The translations under genes and the position numbers were made by a program. From a virus (Duplodnaviria; Caudoviricetes), in IMG/VR virus record IMGVR_UViG_2862481585_000002, positions 1 to 64,000 of that record: a stretch of 64,000 nt of DNA. One strand, given 5' to 3'. Under the pieces are notes generated by a model. That model made no database searches and had not been told where the DNA came from. It saw only the letters and a list, made by a program, of their open reading frames with translations. How positions within the stretch are numbered: the first letter of the stretch is position 1; the number at the start of each line of letters is the position of its first letter. This document shows, one piece after another, positions 18,360-28,152 of the stretch.

Positions 18360-19616
18360 ATGCATGTTGTTGTCGCTGGTCAGGGGTATGTAGGGCTTCC
18401 CCTGGCCGTACGCGCCGCCGAGGTGGGTCACCGTGTCGTCGGCTACGACGTGGACACGCACCGCGTCCAGCACCTCGCCGACGGCCATTCCTACGTAAGG
18501 GACGTGGACTCCTCCCGGCTGCGCACCGTCCTGGACTCCGGGGCCTACTCCGCGACCGCCGACGCTGCCGCGCTGGCCGGCTTCGACATCGCGGTGATCA
18601 CCGTGCCGACCCCACTGCGGGACAGCGTCCCCGACCTAACCTACGTCGAGTCCTGCGCCCGGACGCTGGGCGAGCACCTCCGTCCCGGTGCGACGGTGGT
18701 CCTGGAGTCCACGACCTATCCCGGCACCACCGAGGAACTGCTGCTGCCGATCCTGGAAGAGACCTCGGGCCTCAAAGGCGGGGTGGAATTCCTAGCTGGG
18801 TTCAGCCCCGAACGCATCGCTCCAGGGAACAAGCGGTTCTCGTTCGAGAGCACGCCCAAGCTGGTGTCTGGAATAGACGCCAAATCCCTCGACGTGATCA
18901 AGGGCTTCTATGACGGCATCTTCCAGACCACGGTACCGGTATCCGGGCCGAAGGTCGCCGAGCTGGCCAAGCTGATCGAGAACACCTTCCGACTGGTCAA
19001 CATATCCATGATCAACGAGCTGGCGACGCTGGCCAAGCCGCTCGGCGTGAACATCTGGGAGGCGATCGACGCCGCCGCGACCAAGCCCTTCGGCTTCACG
19101 CGGTTCACCCCAGGGCCGGGCGTCGGCGGGCACTGCCTGCCCGTCGACCCGCTGTTTCTCTCTTGGAAGGTCCAGCAGGAGCTCGGCGTCCCTTTTCGCT
19201 TCGTGGAGCTCGCCGCTGACGTGAACCGCCACATGCCCGACTACGTCGTCCAGCGTCTCGTGGCAGCCCTCGAAAGGCGCGGCATGTCTGTCAGCGGATC
19301 CCGGATCCTGCTGCTCGGCCTGACCTACAAGATCAACGCGACTGACCTGCGCGAGTCGCCCTCGGCACGAGTCGCCGAACTTCTGATCGGCCTCGGCGCC
19401 GAGGTCCGCGGCGCCGACCCCAACATCCCGGACGGCGACCGCGCCAAGCTGACGCTGCCCCTGGTGGACGCGACCGCGGAGGAGGCCGCAGCCTCGGACG
19501 CCGTGGTGCTCCTCATGGACCACGCCAGATTCGACCTCGCGATGGTCCAGGAGAGCGCGCCCTACGTACTCGACTGTCGAAACCGCATGTCCGGAGCGAA
19601 CGTCGAGCTCCTCTAA
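18360..19616 (+). CDS. Nucleotide-sugar dehydrogenase (UDP-GlcNAc/ManNAc 6-dehydrogenase-like)
   Basis: GQGYVGLP, ESTTYPGTT, SPER, GVGGHC, D.RESP. Confidence 0.95.
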   Translation: MHVVVAGQGYVGLPLAVRAAEVGHRVVGYDVDTHRVQHLADGHSYVRDVDSSRLRTVLDSGAYSATADAAALAGFDIAVITVPTPLRDSVPDLTYVESCARTLGEHLRPGATVVLESTTYPGTTEELLLPILEETSGLKGGVEFLAGFSPERIAPGNKRFSFESTPKLVSGIDAKSLDVIKGFYDGIFQTTVPVSGPKVAELAKLIENTFRLVNISMINELATLAKPLGVNIWEAIDAAATKPFGFTRFTPGPGVGGHCLPVDPLFLSWKVQQELGVPFRFVELAADVNRHMPDYVVQRLVAALERRGMSVSGSRILLLGLTYKINATDLRESPSARVAELLIGLGAEVRGADPNIPDGDRAKLTLPLVDATAEEAAASDAVVLLMDHARFDLAMVQESAPYVLDCRNRMSGANVELL

Positions 19617-19668
19617 CCTTCTGCGGTACCCCTCACCGGCTGTCGATCCCCTATCCCAAGGAGTTTCC

Positions 19669-21057
19669 TTGCGCGACGAATGGGACCACGCCCACACGGA
19701 CTACACCATGCCCGTGCAGCGTCGCTCTCCTGCGTCGCTGGCCGAAAGCGAGAGCGACTGGCGCCACTACCTGGAGAGCTCGACCCCCAACGGCTGGCTG
19801 CTCCGGAACAACGCCATGACCGATGCGCTCGTCAGCGGACAGCCGATGTACCTGCTCCACGTCACCCGAGCCATCGACGCCATTCGAGTCAGTCGGCAGT
19901 TGCATGTGTCCGCCGGCTGTCTGGTCGGTGCGCTGTACTGCTCGCCTCTCGCACGTCAGCGTGAGGGACTGCGCCCCCACAACCTCGGCGCCTACCTGAT
20001 GCGAACGAAGCCTTCCGCCACGCCCATGATCTTGGAAGTCGCCCCAGATGCGCCGATCCGGCCCAAGGGCGTCGACTACCTGCACCTCGGCACCATCCAC
20101 CTGCGCACCTACCTGCGATACCGAAGCTTTCTCACCCCGGCCGAGAACGACCATCTTGGCCGCGCCGTGCAGGCCGGGCTGCGCTCCGCCGCGCCGTTCC
20201 TCGACGTCGCTCTGCGCAACGCCGCCGGCCATGTCACTGCGGCACCCGAGTTCATCGACCAGCTAGCCGCTGCTGTGTCTGCCGTACCGTTCCTCGGCTA
20301 CCTGTACTTCGAGGTGCTGTCCGAGTACCTACTGCTCCACTCCACCACTCCGGAAACCAGGAGCCACGCCCAGGCGGGAGAGCTGAACAACTGGCTTTAC
20401 AAGCGACTTGCCTTCGCCGCCGTGGAAGGCATGGACAAGTTGTTCGACCTGGCCCGCTTCAGCCCGCGCCACCACCGGCTCGTCCAGCTCATCGAGGGCA
20501 TCGAGCCGGCTCTCGCCCCGGGAGCCGCCGAGTATGTGCGGCGACGACTGTCCCACCTGTTCGCCATGACTACGCTGCATCCTTCCCAGGACGCGGCATC
20601 AGTCACCTTCCAGGGCGCTGATCTCGGCACGATCCAGAAAGCCGCGCCCGGACTGATCGGCCAGATGATCTTCCGCGAGATCCGGTACATGGCCCGCTAC
20701 CAACATCTGTACCACTACTTCGAGAAGGCCAAAGCGCTGGAGGCGTGGGACTACTGGAACAGCGAAGGCATCCCCGCCCCGTTCAACGCAGTCATCCCCA
20801 AGGGAGAGATAGGGATCAATCCGGCCTACCCTCGATCGACAGTCCGAGTATGGACGGCACGGCGAGACAGCAACGGCTACCTGCACCCGGACCAGGAGAT
20901 CGAGGCCGTCCTCACCCCGCACCTCGCGTCGTGGTGGGCACCACCTCGCCAGCGCGAGACGCACAGTGCCAGTTACGAGTCACGAGTCGAGCCGGCCCCG
21001 GTCACCCGATCACCGATCCCCACCCAACGGTCACCCAAGAGCGGGGTACCCACATGA
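19669..21057 (+). CDS. Hypothetical protein of unknown fold
   Basis: 462-aa ORF with AAGGAG RBS; ATGA-coupled to GT4. Confidence 0.8.
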   Translation: MRDEWDHAHTDYTMPVQRRSPASLAESESDWRHYLESSTPNGWLLRNNAMTDALVSGQPMYLLHVTRAIDAIRVSRQLHVSAGCLVGALYCSPLARQREGLRPHNLGAYLMRTKPSATPMILEVAPDAPIRPKGVDYLHLGTIHLRTYLRYRSFLTPAENDHLGRAVQAGLRSAAPFLDVALRNAAGHVTAAPEFIDQLAAAVSAVPFLGYLYFEVLSEYLLLHSTTPETRSHAQAGELNNWLYKRLAFAAVEGMDKLFDLARFSPRHHRLVQLIEGIEPALAPGAAEYVRRRLSHLFAMTTLHPSQDAASVTFQGADLGTIQKAAPGLIGQMIFREIRYMARYQHLYHYFEKAKALEAWDYWNSEGIPAPFNAVIPKGEIGINPAYPRSTVRVWTARRDSNGYLHPDQEIEAVLTPHLASWWAPPRQRETHSASYESRVEPAPVTRSPIPTQRSPKSGVPT

Positions 21058-22163
21058 CCACCGAGCCCCTGAACATCTTGACTGGCATCAACCGCGTCTC
21101 CGAGCCTTCGTCCGGCAGCATGATCCTCGCCAACGACCTCTACCGCGCGATGCCCGAGACACACACGACCTTCCTCGGCAGAGAACCCGTCGGTCAGGTA
21201 TGGAGTGCCGCCTTTGCTCAGATGGTCCCCCTCTCTACGACCAAACGCCCCCAAGGCCCGGAGTTCGATGCCTACGTCGACGAGCTGACGCGTGAGGTCG
21301 GGACGCACATCGAGAAGACCCGGCCCCATGCCATCCACGCCCAGTACCTCGGCTTCGCTCTCAGCCTGGCCTTCACCCGAACCGCTGACAGTATCCCGAT
21401 CATCTCCATCGCCCACGGCCCTGAGGTCATGGCAGCCGAGCGCAGCGTGCAGGAGTGCCAAACCCTGAACGAAGTCGCCGCTGCAAGCACCGCGATCGTC
21501 GCCCCGACCGCGGCCCTGGCCGACCGCATCGACCGCCTCACCGGGCGCCGATTCACTGGCCGACTCACCGTCATCCCGTGGGGCATCCGGCTGAGCGATG
21601 CCCGCGTCCGCGAGCGACCGCTTACCGGAACCGGCCCACTGTCCCTTGTGCACGCTGGCCGTCTGGACGACAACAAATCCACGATCACAGCAGTCGACGC
21701 CCTCGCGCTAACCAATCAGCCACACCACTTGACCGTGATCGGCAACGGCATCCTCCGGGAACATCTGGAACAACGGACTCTCGAACTCGGGCTGAGCGGC
21801 CGGGTTCATTTTCATCCGTTCCTACCCCGCGCCGAACTGTGGCAACGCCTGCCGAGCTTCGACGCCTTCGTATTCACCACCAGGGGTTTGGAGGCTTTCG
21901 GGCTCGTCCTTATTGAGGCACAAGCCCATGGTCTTCCAGTCGTCTATTCGAATCTTCCCGGTGTGAGGAAAATTCTCGGGATCTCTGGCGTTCCCTACAC
22001 TCCTGGCGACCCGCGCTCGCTGGCCGTGGCTCTGGACGAGATGAGCCGGGACTTTCACCGGCGTCAAGCGCTGACCGGCGCGGCTCTCAAGAACGCACGC
22101 CGATACGACATCACGACCACCGGCCGCCAGCTTTGCGAACTAACACGCCGCGTTACTTCATAA
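21054..22163 (+). CDS. Glycosyltransferase family 4
   Basis: HAGRLDDNK and EAFGLVLIEAQAHGLPVV motifs. Confidence 0.92.
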   Translation: MTTEPLNILTGINRVSEPSSGSMILANDLYRAMPETHTTFLGREPVGQVWSAAFAQMVPLSTTKRPQGPEFDAYVDELTREVGTHIEKTRPHAIHAQYLGFALSLAFTRTADSIPIISIAHGPEVMAAERSVQECQTLNEVAAASTAIVAPTAALADRIDRLTGRRFTGRLTVIPWGIRLSDARVRERPLTGTGPLSLVHAGRLDDNKSTITAVDALALTNQPHHLTVIGNGILREHLEQRTLELGLSGRVHFHPFLPRAELWQRLPSFDAFVFTTRGLEAFGLVLIEAQAHGLPVVYSNLPGVRKILGISGVPYTPGDPRSLAVALDEMSRDFHRRQALTGAALKNARRYDITTTGRQLCELTRRVTS

Positions 22164-22211
22164 CCTGATGTTTCGTGGCCGCCTCCCGTGCGCCGATACT
22201 CCTGCGACGGT

Positions 22212-22244
22212 TAACACAATTCCATAATCTGCCTCAACCTTGAT
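22212..22244 (+). promoter_or_regulatory. Putative late promoter, TAAC-N25-TGAT family
   Basis: 15-nt identity (TAACACAATTCCATA) with the site upstream of terL. Confidence 0.6.
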
Positions 22245-22275
22245 CTGAGACGTCTCGCAAGGAATAGAGGATTGC

Positions 22276-22674
22276 ATGGCTGGGAACCTGGCGCCCACTC
22301 CGGACTTCGCGGAAAAGGGCAACTACGACTACGGCGTCAAGCATGGCGCGAATACTGCACGGCGCGGTCGACTTCGCTTCGAAGAGGGAATCGCTACCGA
22401 CACGGACATCCCGTCTGAATTCGGCAAGGGCGTCATGCAGGGCTACCAGACGGCCCCCGGTCGAAACAACCACAACCTGAACGTTTTCGAGAAGCCTGCG
22501 GCTGAGACCATGCGCGAGCGAGCCCACGTCGGGTCCGCCGCCTGGCCCGAGGCCCCGGAGTTCCTCGGCTCTTTCGCTCACGGCGCTGGCCATGGTGCGG
22601 AACTGCGGTTCGAGCAGGTTGTTCGAGATGGCGGCCACCAGGAGCGCCCGAACTACGCCAAGACGTCGGACTGA
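22276..22674 (+). CDS. Probable head-associated phage protein
   Basis: RRGRLRFEEGIATDTD; directly upstream of the portal. Confidence 0.75.
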   Translation: MAGNLAPTPDFAEKGNYDYGVKHGANTARRGRLRFEEGIATDTDIPSEFGKGVMQGYQTAPGRNNHNLNVFEKPAAETMRERAHVGSAAWPEAPEFLGSFAHGAGHGAELRFEQVVRDGGHQERPNYAKTSD

Positions 22675-22688
22675 CCACTGGCCGCTGG

Positions 22689-22722
22689 AAGCCCCTCTGG
22701 ATGGCAGAGGGGCTTTCCTTTT
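22689..22722 (+). terminator. Rho-independent terminator
   Basis: AAGCCCCTCTG...CAGAGGGGCTTT plus U tract. Confidence 0.75.
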
Positions 22723-22835
22723 CCCGCTAACACTCGAACCAGCCTCCGTGTGAGGATTGGGCATAGCGCAATTCGTCACATCAACTCGTAGCACCGCGCC
22801 TCCCTACAGGTGCACCATTCGGTGCTTAGTCGAGG

Positions 22836-24569
22836 ATGTGTCGGTTGTCCTTCGCCTTCTTTCCGCCGAATCAGCGCGCGGCCGGCTCGGACCTCACCAT
22901 CTCCATCAGTCCTCTGGGCCTGGTCGAGCTTAGCGACGAGGAATTCGAAGTTCATGGCCCGAGACTGAACCGGTACGCCACCAACTTCGCGTTTTTCCTC
23001 GGGCACCATTGGGCCTACAGGAGAGAAGCCGGCGAGCCGCAGATCACCCTGAACTATGTGGCCACCTTCTCGCGCTACATCACCAACTTCTGCTTCTCCA
23101 AGGGTGTGAAGTTCGCGGTCCCCAAGCGGTACGAACACATCGTGCCGGCCTTGCTGAAGAGGGTCTGGGAGGTCGACAACGACAAGCAGTCCCTGCTGAA
23201 CTCCATTGGCGAACAGGGTGGCGTCACGGGCGACTCCTTCGTCAAGATCGCCTACGAGCCGCAGTGGGTCGACACTGCCGGCGGGATCCATCCGGGCCGC
23301 GTCCGCGTCCTCCCGCTGAACTCCGCGCACTGCTTCCCTGAGTATCACCCGCACGACCGCGACCGGCTGATCCGGTTCAAGCTGAAGTACAAGTTCTGGA
23401 CCACGGGCGCCGACGGAGCTCGGACAGTGATGACCTACACCGAGGTCATCACGGACACCGAGATCGAGGAGTACCTGAACGACGAGTTGATCGACGCCAG
23501 GCCCAACCCCCTCGGCATGATCCCCGTCGCTCACATCCGGAACATATCCGTGTCCGGCTCGCCCTGGGGCCTGTCCGACATCGGCGACATCATCTCGATC
23601 AACCGCGAGCTGAACGAGAAGATGACCGACGTCTCGGACATCATCAACTACCACGCCAGCCCGACGACGATCATCCAGGGCGCCAAGGCGACCAATCTGG
23701 AACGCGGCCCCCGCAAAATCTGGGGCGGCCTGCCGGAAAAGGCCAAGGTCTACAACTTGGAGAACGGCGTCGACCTGAACGGTCCGATGGGTTACATCCA
23801 GACGCTGAAGCTCGCGATGCACGAAATCACGGGCGTCCCGGAAAGCGCCCTGGGGCAGATGCAGCCGATTTCCAACACGTCGGGAGTTGCCCTCTCCATT
23901 CAGTGGTATCCGCTGATCAACAAGAATGCCCTGAAGCAGCTCAACTACGGGGTCGGTATCAAGCGGATCAACGAGCTGGTGCTCCGCACCCTGTTCTGTC
24001 ACGAGCCCCAGACACTGCTGTACGACCCCTATACCGACGGCATCAAGACCGAAGACGCCCAGCCCGACATCATCGACCCGAACGACCCAGACGTCTACAA
24101 CGTCGACTGCGTATGGCCGAGTCCGCTCCCGGTTGACAACCTCGTCAAGCTCAACGAAATCCAGGCCAAGCTCGCAATCGGTCTGGAATCCAAGCGAAAC
24201 GCCCTCGTCGAACTCGGGGAGGAATTCCCCGACGAGCGCCTGGAAGAGATGTTCAGCGAGCAGCGCCGGGACGTTGTAGAGCAGGGAGCCCTGGAGCTTA
24301 TCAAGGCGACCATTTCCTCTGCTATTCTCCAGATGACTGGAATTGCTACTGAGGAAAGTGGTAAGCCAGCTCCGTCAAGCGGGGGAAACCCGGATCAGTC
24401 CGGATCGCCCGCTGGCAATGCTCAGACCGGAGTTCTTCCCGGAGCAACCGGGATCGACCTCGGTGTGGACACCAAATCGTTGATCAACCAATTCGTGACC
24501 ATGGCGTACGGCACCAAGCTGCCGCAGAGCCGAAATTCGGAGGATGCCAGTAACCAGGAGACGCGCTAA
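22836..24569 (+). CDS. Portal protein
   Basis: NPLGMIPVAHIRN, G.SDI.DII, SGVAL motifs of SPP1-like portals; position (start may be TTG 22845). Confidence 0.9.
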   Translation: MCRLSFAFFPPNQRAAGSDLTISISPLGLVELSDEEFEVHGPRLNRYATNFAFFLGHHWAYRREAGEPQITLNYVATFSRYITNFCFSKGVKFAVPKRYEHIVPALLKRVWEVDNDKQSLLNSIGEQGGVTGDSFVKIAYEPQWVDTAGGIHPGRVRVLPLNSAHCFPEYHPHDRDRLIRFKLKYKFWTTGADGARTVMTYTEVITDTEIEEYLNDELIDARPNPLGMIPVAHIRNISVSGSPWGLSDIGDIISINRELNEKMTDVSDIINYHASPTTIIQGAKATNLERGPRKIWGGLPEKAKVYNLENGVDLNGPMGYIQTLKLAMHEITGVPESALGQMQPISNTSGVALSIQWYPLINKNALKQLNYGVGIKRINELVLRTLFCHEPQTLLYDPYTDGIKTEDAQPDIIDPNDPDVYNVDCVWPSPLPVDNLVKLNEIQAKLAIGLESKRNALVELGEEFPDERLEEMFSEQRRDVVEQGALELIKATISSAILQMTGIATEESGKPAPSSGGNPDQSGSPAGNAQTGVLPGATGIDLGVDTKSLINQFVTMAYGTKLPQSRNSEDASNQETR

Positions 24570-25357
24570 TGACTGTTCCGGCCAACGCCCCCGCCCCTGC
24601 GTCCGACAACGGCCCCAACGACCAGGTCATCACCATCCCGGTCGTCCCCGAGCCGCCGCAGGAAACCCCGGCTGAGGGACGCTTCACCGCCGAGGACCTG
24701 GAGAAGGTCCGGCGCGAGGAGCGCGAGAAGCTCTACGGCCGCCTGAGCCAGCAGGACGAGATCCTCAAGGCCACCAAGGAAGAGCTGGAAGCTGTCCGCA
24801 AGGCCCGCGAGGAGAAGGAAGCCGCCGAGGCCACCGCCCGCAAGGCCGCCGAGGACGAGGCAGAGGCGAAGCGACAGGCGGAACTGTCCGCCAAGAGCCT
24901 GCTCAAGGAGCGCGAGGAGGAGTGGGAGCGCCGGTTCACCGAGCTCCAGTCCAAGTACGAGACCGACCGCGAGCTCTTCGCCCGCGAGCAGGAGTACAAC
25001 CGCCTCCAGAACGTCCGCGCCGAGATGCTCGCCCAGGCTGCCGACGACATCGCGCCCGAGCTGGTCGACCTGGTCCAGGGCAACACCGAAGACGAACTGC
25101 GCTCCAGCATCGAGCTGATGAAGCAGAAGTCCTCGGCGATCGTCGCCCAGATCCAGCAGACACAGGTCGCCGCGCGGGCCCAGATGCGAGGCACCGCTCC
25201 TACCGGTTACGGCGTCGGTCCCGCCGACACGGACGCCGGCTACCGCCAGTACTCCGCTGGCGACATCAAGAACATGCCCATGTCCGAGTACGCGAAGCTC
25301 CGCGGTCAGCTCCTGCCGGCTGCCTCCGCCTCCGCGCGTCAGGGCATGTTCGGCTAA
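24569..25357 (+). CDS. Capsid scaffolding protein
   Basis: Coiled-coil, E/K/A-rich; between portal and capsid. Confidence 0.85.
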   Translation: MTVPANAPAPASDNGPNDQVITIPVVPEPPQETPAEGRFTAEDLEKVRREEREKLYGRLSQQDEILKATKEELEAVRKAREEKEAAEATARKAAEDEAEAKRQAELSAKSLLKEREEEWERRFTELQSKYETDRELFAREQEYNRLQNVRAEMLAQAADDIAPELVDLVQGNTEDELRSSIELMKQKSSAIVAQIQQTQVAARAQMRGTAPTGYGVGPADTDAGYRQYSAGDIKNMPMSEYAKLRGQLLPAASASARQGMFG

Positions 25358-25385
25358 CCCGCCGCACAAGTAAGGGAAGCACAGC

Positions 25386-26667
25386 ATGGCATCTGCCATC
25401 ACCGGTACGCCGAATCTGTCGGCGTCTCCGACGAACTACTCCGGCACGAACTCTGAACTCTCTCCGGCGATCCAGGAACTCTGGTCGAAGGAGATCCTGT
25501 TTCAGTCGATGCCGATTCTCCGGTCTCGGGCCGCCTAACCTAGCGATGGGTTAGTGAGAACCACGCTGTATCGGTGAACCCCTCCTCCTCGTAGCAATCA
25601 TTCGTAGCACGGGGAATACCGAGGGAACCCAACACCTGGGACTCCGTAGAGACTACACGCGAGGCACCTCCTACAGGTCCAGCTCTTAGGTGAGAAGTGA
25701 GCTGGAGCTGGAGGTGAAGATATAGTCCGATCTTGCGGGATGGAAAACCGTAAGAGTCAGGCAGAAATGACCTGGCCCCGCAGCCGGCGGGTAACAAGCG
25801 CGAATTGTCGAGCAGTTCGCAGTCAAGAAGACCGAACTCGGGGTCAGCCCCGGTCTCACCATCCACTTCATGCGCTACGACAACCTGGGCAACGCGTCCC
25901 AGCTCGTCGAAGGCGTCCGCATGGAGACGCACGCCCTCACCGCGTCCCAGTTCAGCATCACGGTCAGCGAGCACGGCTACGCCATCGCGGTGTCGGAGCT
26001 ACTGCTCAACTCCTCGTTCGACGACGTCCTCGCCTCGGGATCCCGACTCCTGGGCCGAAACATGGCGAAGTACCTCGACGAACAGGCGCGCGACACCCTG
26101 CTTCAGGCCAGCTCGGTCCTGTACGGCTACGACAAGTTCGCTACGACTGGCAACGCACCGACCCGCATCTCGCCGTACGACAAGGGTGCGCCGTCCGCGA
26201 ACCGTGCCGGCCTGACCGGCAACTACCGGTTCACCAGCGCGCTTGTGAAGGACATGGTCGAAACCCTCGCGACCCGAAACATCCCGAGGCTCGGCGATGT
26301 CTACGTGTGCTTCGTCCACCCGCACCAGTCCCGCTGGCTGCGTGAGGACCCGACCTGGATCGAGTCCAGCAAGTACGCGCAGCCGGGTGCCTTCAGCCTG
26401 GGTGAGATCGGTCGGATCGACGACGTGATCTTCATCGAGACCACGCAGGTCAAGAAGATCGGCAACGGTAACGGCACGACCCCGGCGGACGTCTACCAGA
26501 GCATCTGCATCGGTGACAACGCCTTCGGTCACGCCATCTCCCTGCCGGTCGAGCTGCGTGATGGCGGTGTCCAGGACTTCGGCCGTGAGCACCTCCTGGC
26601 CTGGTACTCGATCTTCGGCCTGGGTCTGATCACCGACGCCTCTGTCGTCATCGCGGAGACCAACTGA
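25386..26667 (+). CDS. Major capsid protein, spliced: exon 1 25386-25524, exon 2 25808-26667 (332 aa)
   Basis: Joined exons (139+860=999 nt) read ...QSMPILR-F-EQFAVKKTELG...; capsid-like YVCFVHPHQ..L, GEIG and DFGREH.LAWY motifs. Confidence 0.92.
25525..25807 (+). ncRNA. Group I self-splicing intron (283 nt, no homing endonuclease ORF)
   Basis: Exon ends in U, intron ends in G; P1 with U.G wobble; P2 with GCGA tetraloop; R element AGAGACTA (25648-55) and S element AAGATATAGTCC (25717-28) form P7; P8, P9 and P10 present. Confidence 0.93.
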
Positions 26668-26777
26668 GTCTTCGAGACTGTGAAGCTCGGGCTTCGCAGT
26701 CACCCCCCGCAGGCAGGTCTTCGCTCGGAGGCCTGCCTGCGGGTTCGCACCAAACTTCCCTTGAGTAGGAGAACCAC

Positions 26778-27131
26778 ATGGCGACTGCCCGCAAGCCCGC
26801 CGGAGACCTCACCGGCCGCACCGCCGAGAAGCTCGCCCGCGAGCGCGACACCGAGGCCAAGGAGCGCGCGAAGTCGATGGCGACGGCGACGGTCGTCGCG
26901 GAGTCCGAGAAGGCGGACACCGTCGTCGACCTGGTCGATGGCCCCCAGCCCGAGGTCGAGGAGCAGCCGGTCGTCGTCGAGGAGTCGGACCGTGTCATCC
27001 GCGTCAACGCTGACCTGAACGACGTCGTGATCGGCCAGGGCAACTACTTCACCTTCGAGACCGGTGTGCAGTACCGGGTGCCGGCGTTCGTCGCCAACCA
27101 CCTGGAGGAGAAGGGCCTGCTCTGGCACTGA
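26778..27131 (+). CDS. Hypothetical virion-associated protein
   Basis: AGGAG RBS; follows the capsid gene. Confidence 0.8.
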   Translation: MATARKPAGDLTGRTAEKLARERDTEAKERAKSMATATVVAESEKADTVVDLVDGPQPEVEEQPVVVEESDRVIRVNADLNDVVIGQGNYFTFETGVQYRVPAFVANHLEEKGLLWH

Positions 27132-27147
27132 GCCAGCACGCGACCGC

Positions 27148-27186
27148 GGGGGAGAGGGATCCACTCCCTCTCCCCCCTTTCTCTTC
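27148..27186 (+). terminator. Terminator hairpin
   Basis: GGGGGAGAGGGA...TCCCTCTCCCCC plus pyrimidine tail. Confidence 0.7.
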
Positions 27187-27199
27187 TCAGGAGACATCT

Positions 27200-27532
27200 G
27201 TGAGTGACATCCAGTTCGGACAGCGATACGTCCTGATGGCTGAAGGCGGATACGGCGCTGGGGTCGGCTCCCTACCGCAGGGCGCCGTGGTGACACCGGT
27301 CGAAGAGGTCGAGCCCGGCACAGCCGGCGTCGGCTACTCGACCGAGAACGTGGTGATCAGTACCTATGCGGATGCGTTGACCTTCCCCGGCACGACCATC
27401 GAGCGCACCCTGGCCATCGCTCTGTCCGCCTTCGACGAGTCCTTCACGCTCGAATCCGACCTTCCGCCAGCACCGCCTCCGGAGAACCCGGACCCCGAGA
27501 TGGCCGACCCCACCCCGCCGGGTGGTGAGTGA
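27200..27532 (+). CDS. Hypothetical structural protein
   Basis: AGGAG RBS, GTG start. Confidence 0.7.
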   Translation: MSDIQFGQRYVLMAEGGYGAGVGSLPQGAVVTPVEEVEPGTAGVGYSTENVVISTYADALTFPGTTIERTLAIALSAFDESFTLESDLPPAPPPENPDPEMADPTPPGGE

Positions 27533-28152
27533 TGCCCGGATACCTCACCCGGTACGCCAGTAAGGCCCTTCTGACGCTGATGACCGGCGGTGGCGAGAAC
27601 GCTGCTTCGGGGACCGATCCGGTGGCTGACCGTCTGCTGAAGGCGCACCTGATCAGGCACATGGCCGAGCCGACCATCGGTGTCTGGGCACCCAAGGCAT
27701 ACCTGCTTTCGCTCCTGGACCAGGTCGACTCCCAAGGATCCGCGGCCGTGCGCGCCGAGATACAGGCCCGTCCAGCAGACCCGAGCGGCTCGCTGTATCT
27801 GGCGCTGTGCACTTCCAATCCCGGCAACATGGCTACGGGTTTGTCCAGCGAGTTGACCGCAGTTGGCTACCAGCGTCAGGCCGTTCAAATGTCGGCTCCG
27901 AAGAACGGGGCGGCCTTCGTCGTGGAGTCAGCAACACCTGCCCAGGCGTCCCTGTCCAGCAGCGTGGTCTTCGGTCCCTTCACCGACGCCACTGGATCCG
28001 GTGGTGCCGTGACGCACATGGCGCTGGTCACCGCAGCGACCGGCACAGACATTGCGGTCCTCGCGGTGTGGCCCCTGGACTCTCCGGTCACCGCAGCTCA
28101 GGGCGAGTCCTTGCTGGCGTCGGCCGGCACACTCACGATCAAGGTGGACTGA
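27529..28152 (+). CDS. Virion structural protein, paralog A
   Basis: LYLAL.TS.PG...GY.RQ...FGPFT; similar to the next gene. Confidence 0.75.
   Translation: MMPGYLTRYASKALLTLMTGGGENAASGTDPVADRLLKAHLIRHMAEPTIGVWAPKAYLLSLLDQVDSQGSAAVRAEIQARPADPSGSLYLALCTSNPGNMATGLSSELTAVGYQRQAVQMSAPKNGAAFVVESATPAQASLSSSVVFGPFTDATGSGGAVTHMALVTAATGTDIAVLAVWPLDSPVTAAQGESLLASAGTLTIKVD

Noticed and set aside
25540-25974. Homing endonuclease ORF in or over the intron
   Set aside because: The intron is only 283 nt and the overlapping ORFs lack LAGLIDADG, HNH or GIY-YIG motifs
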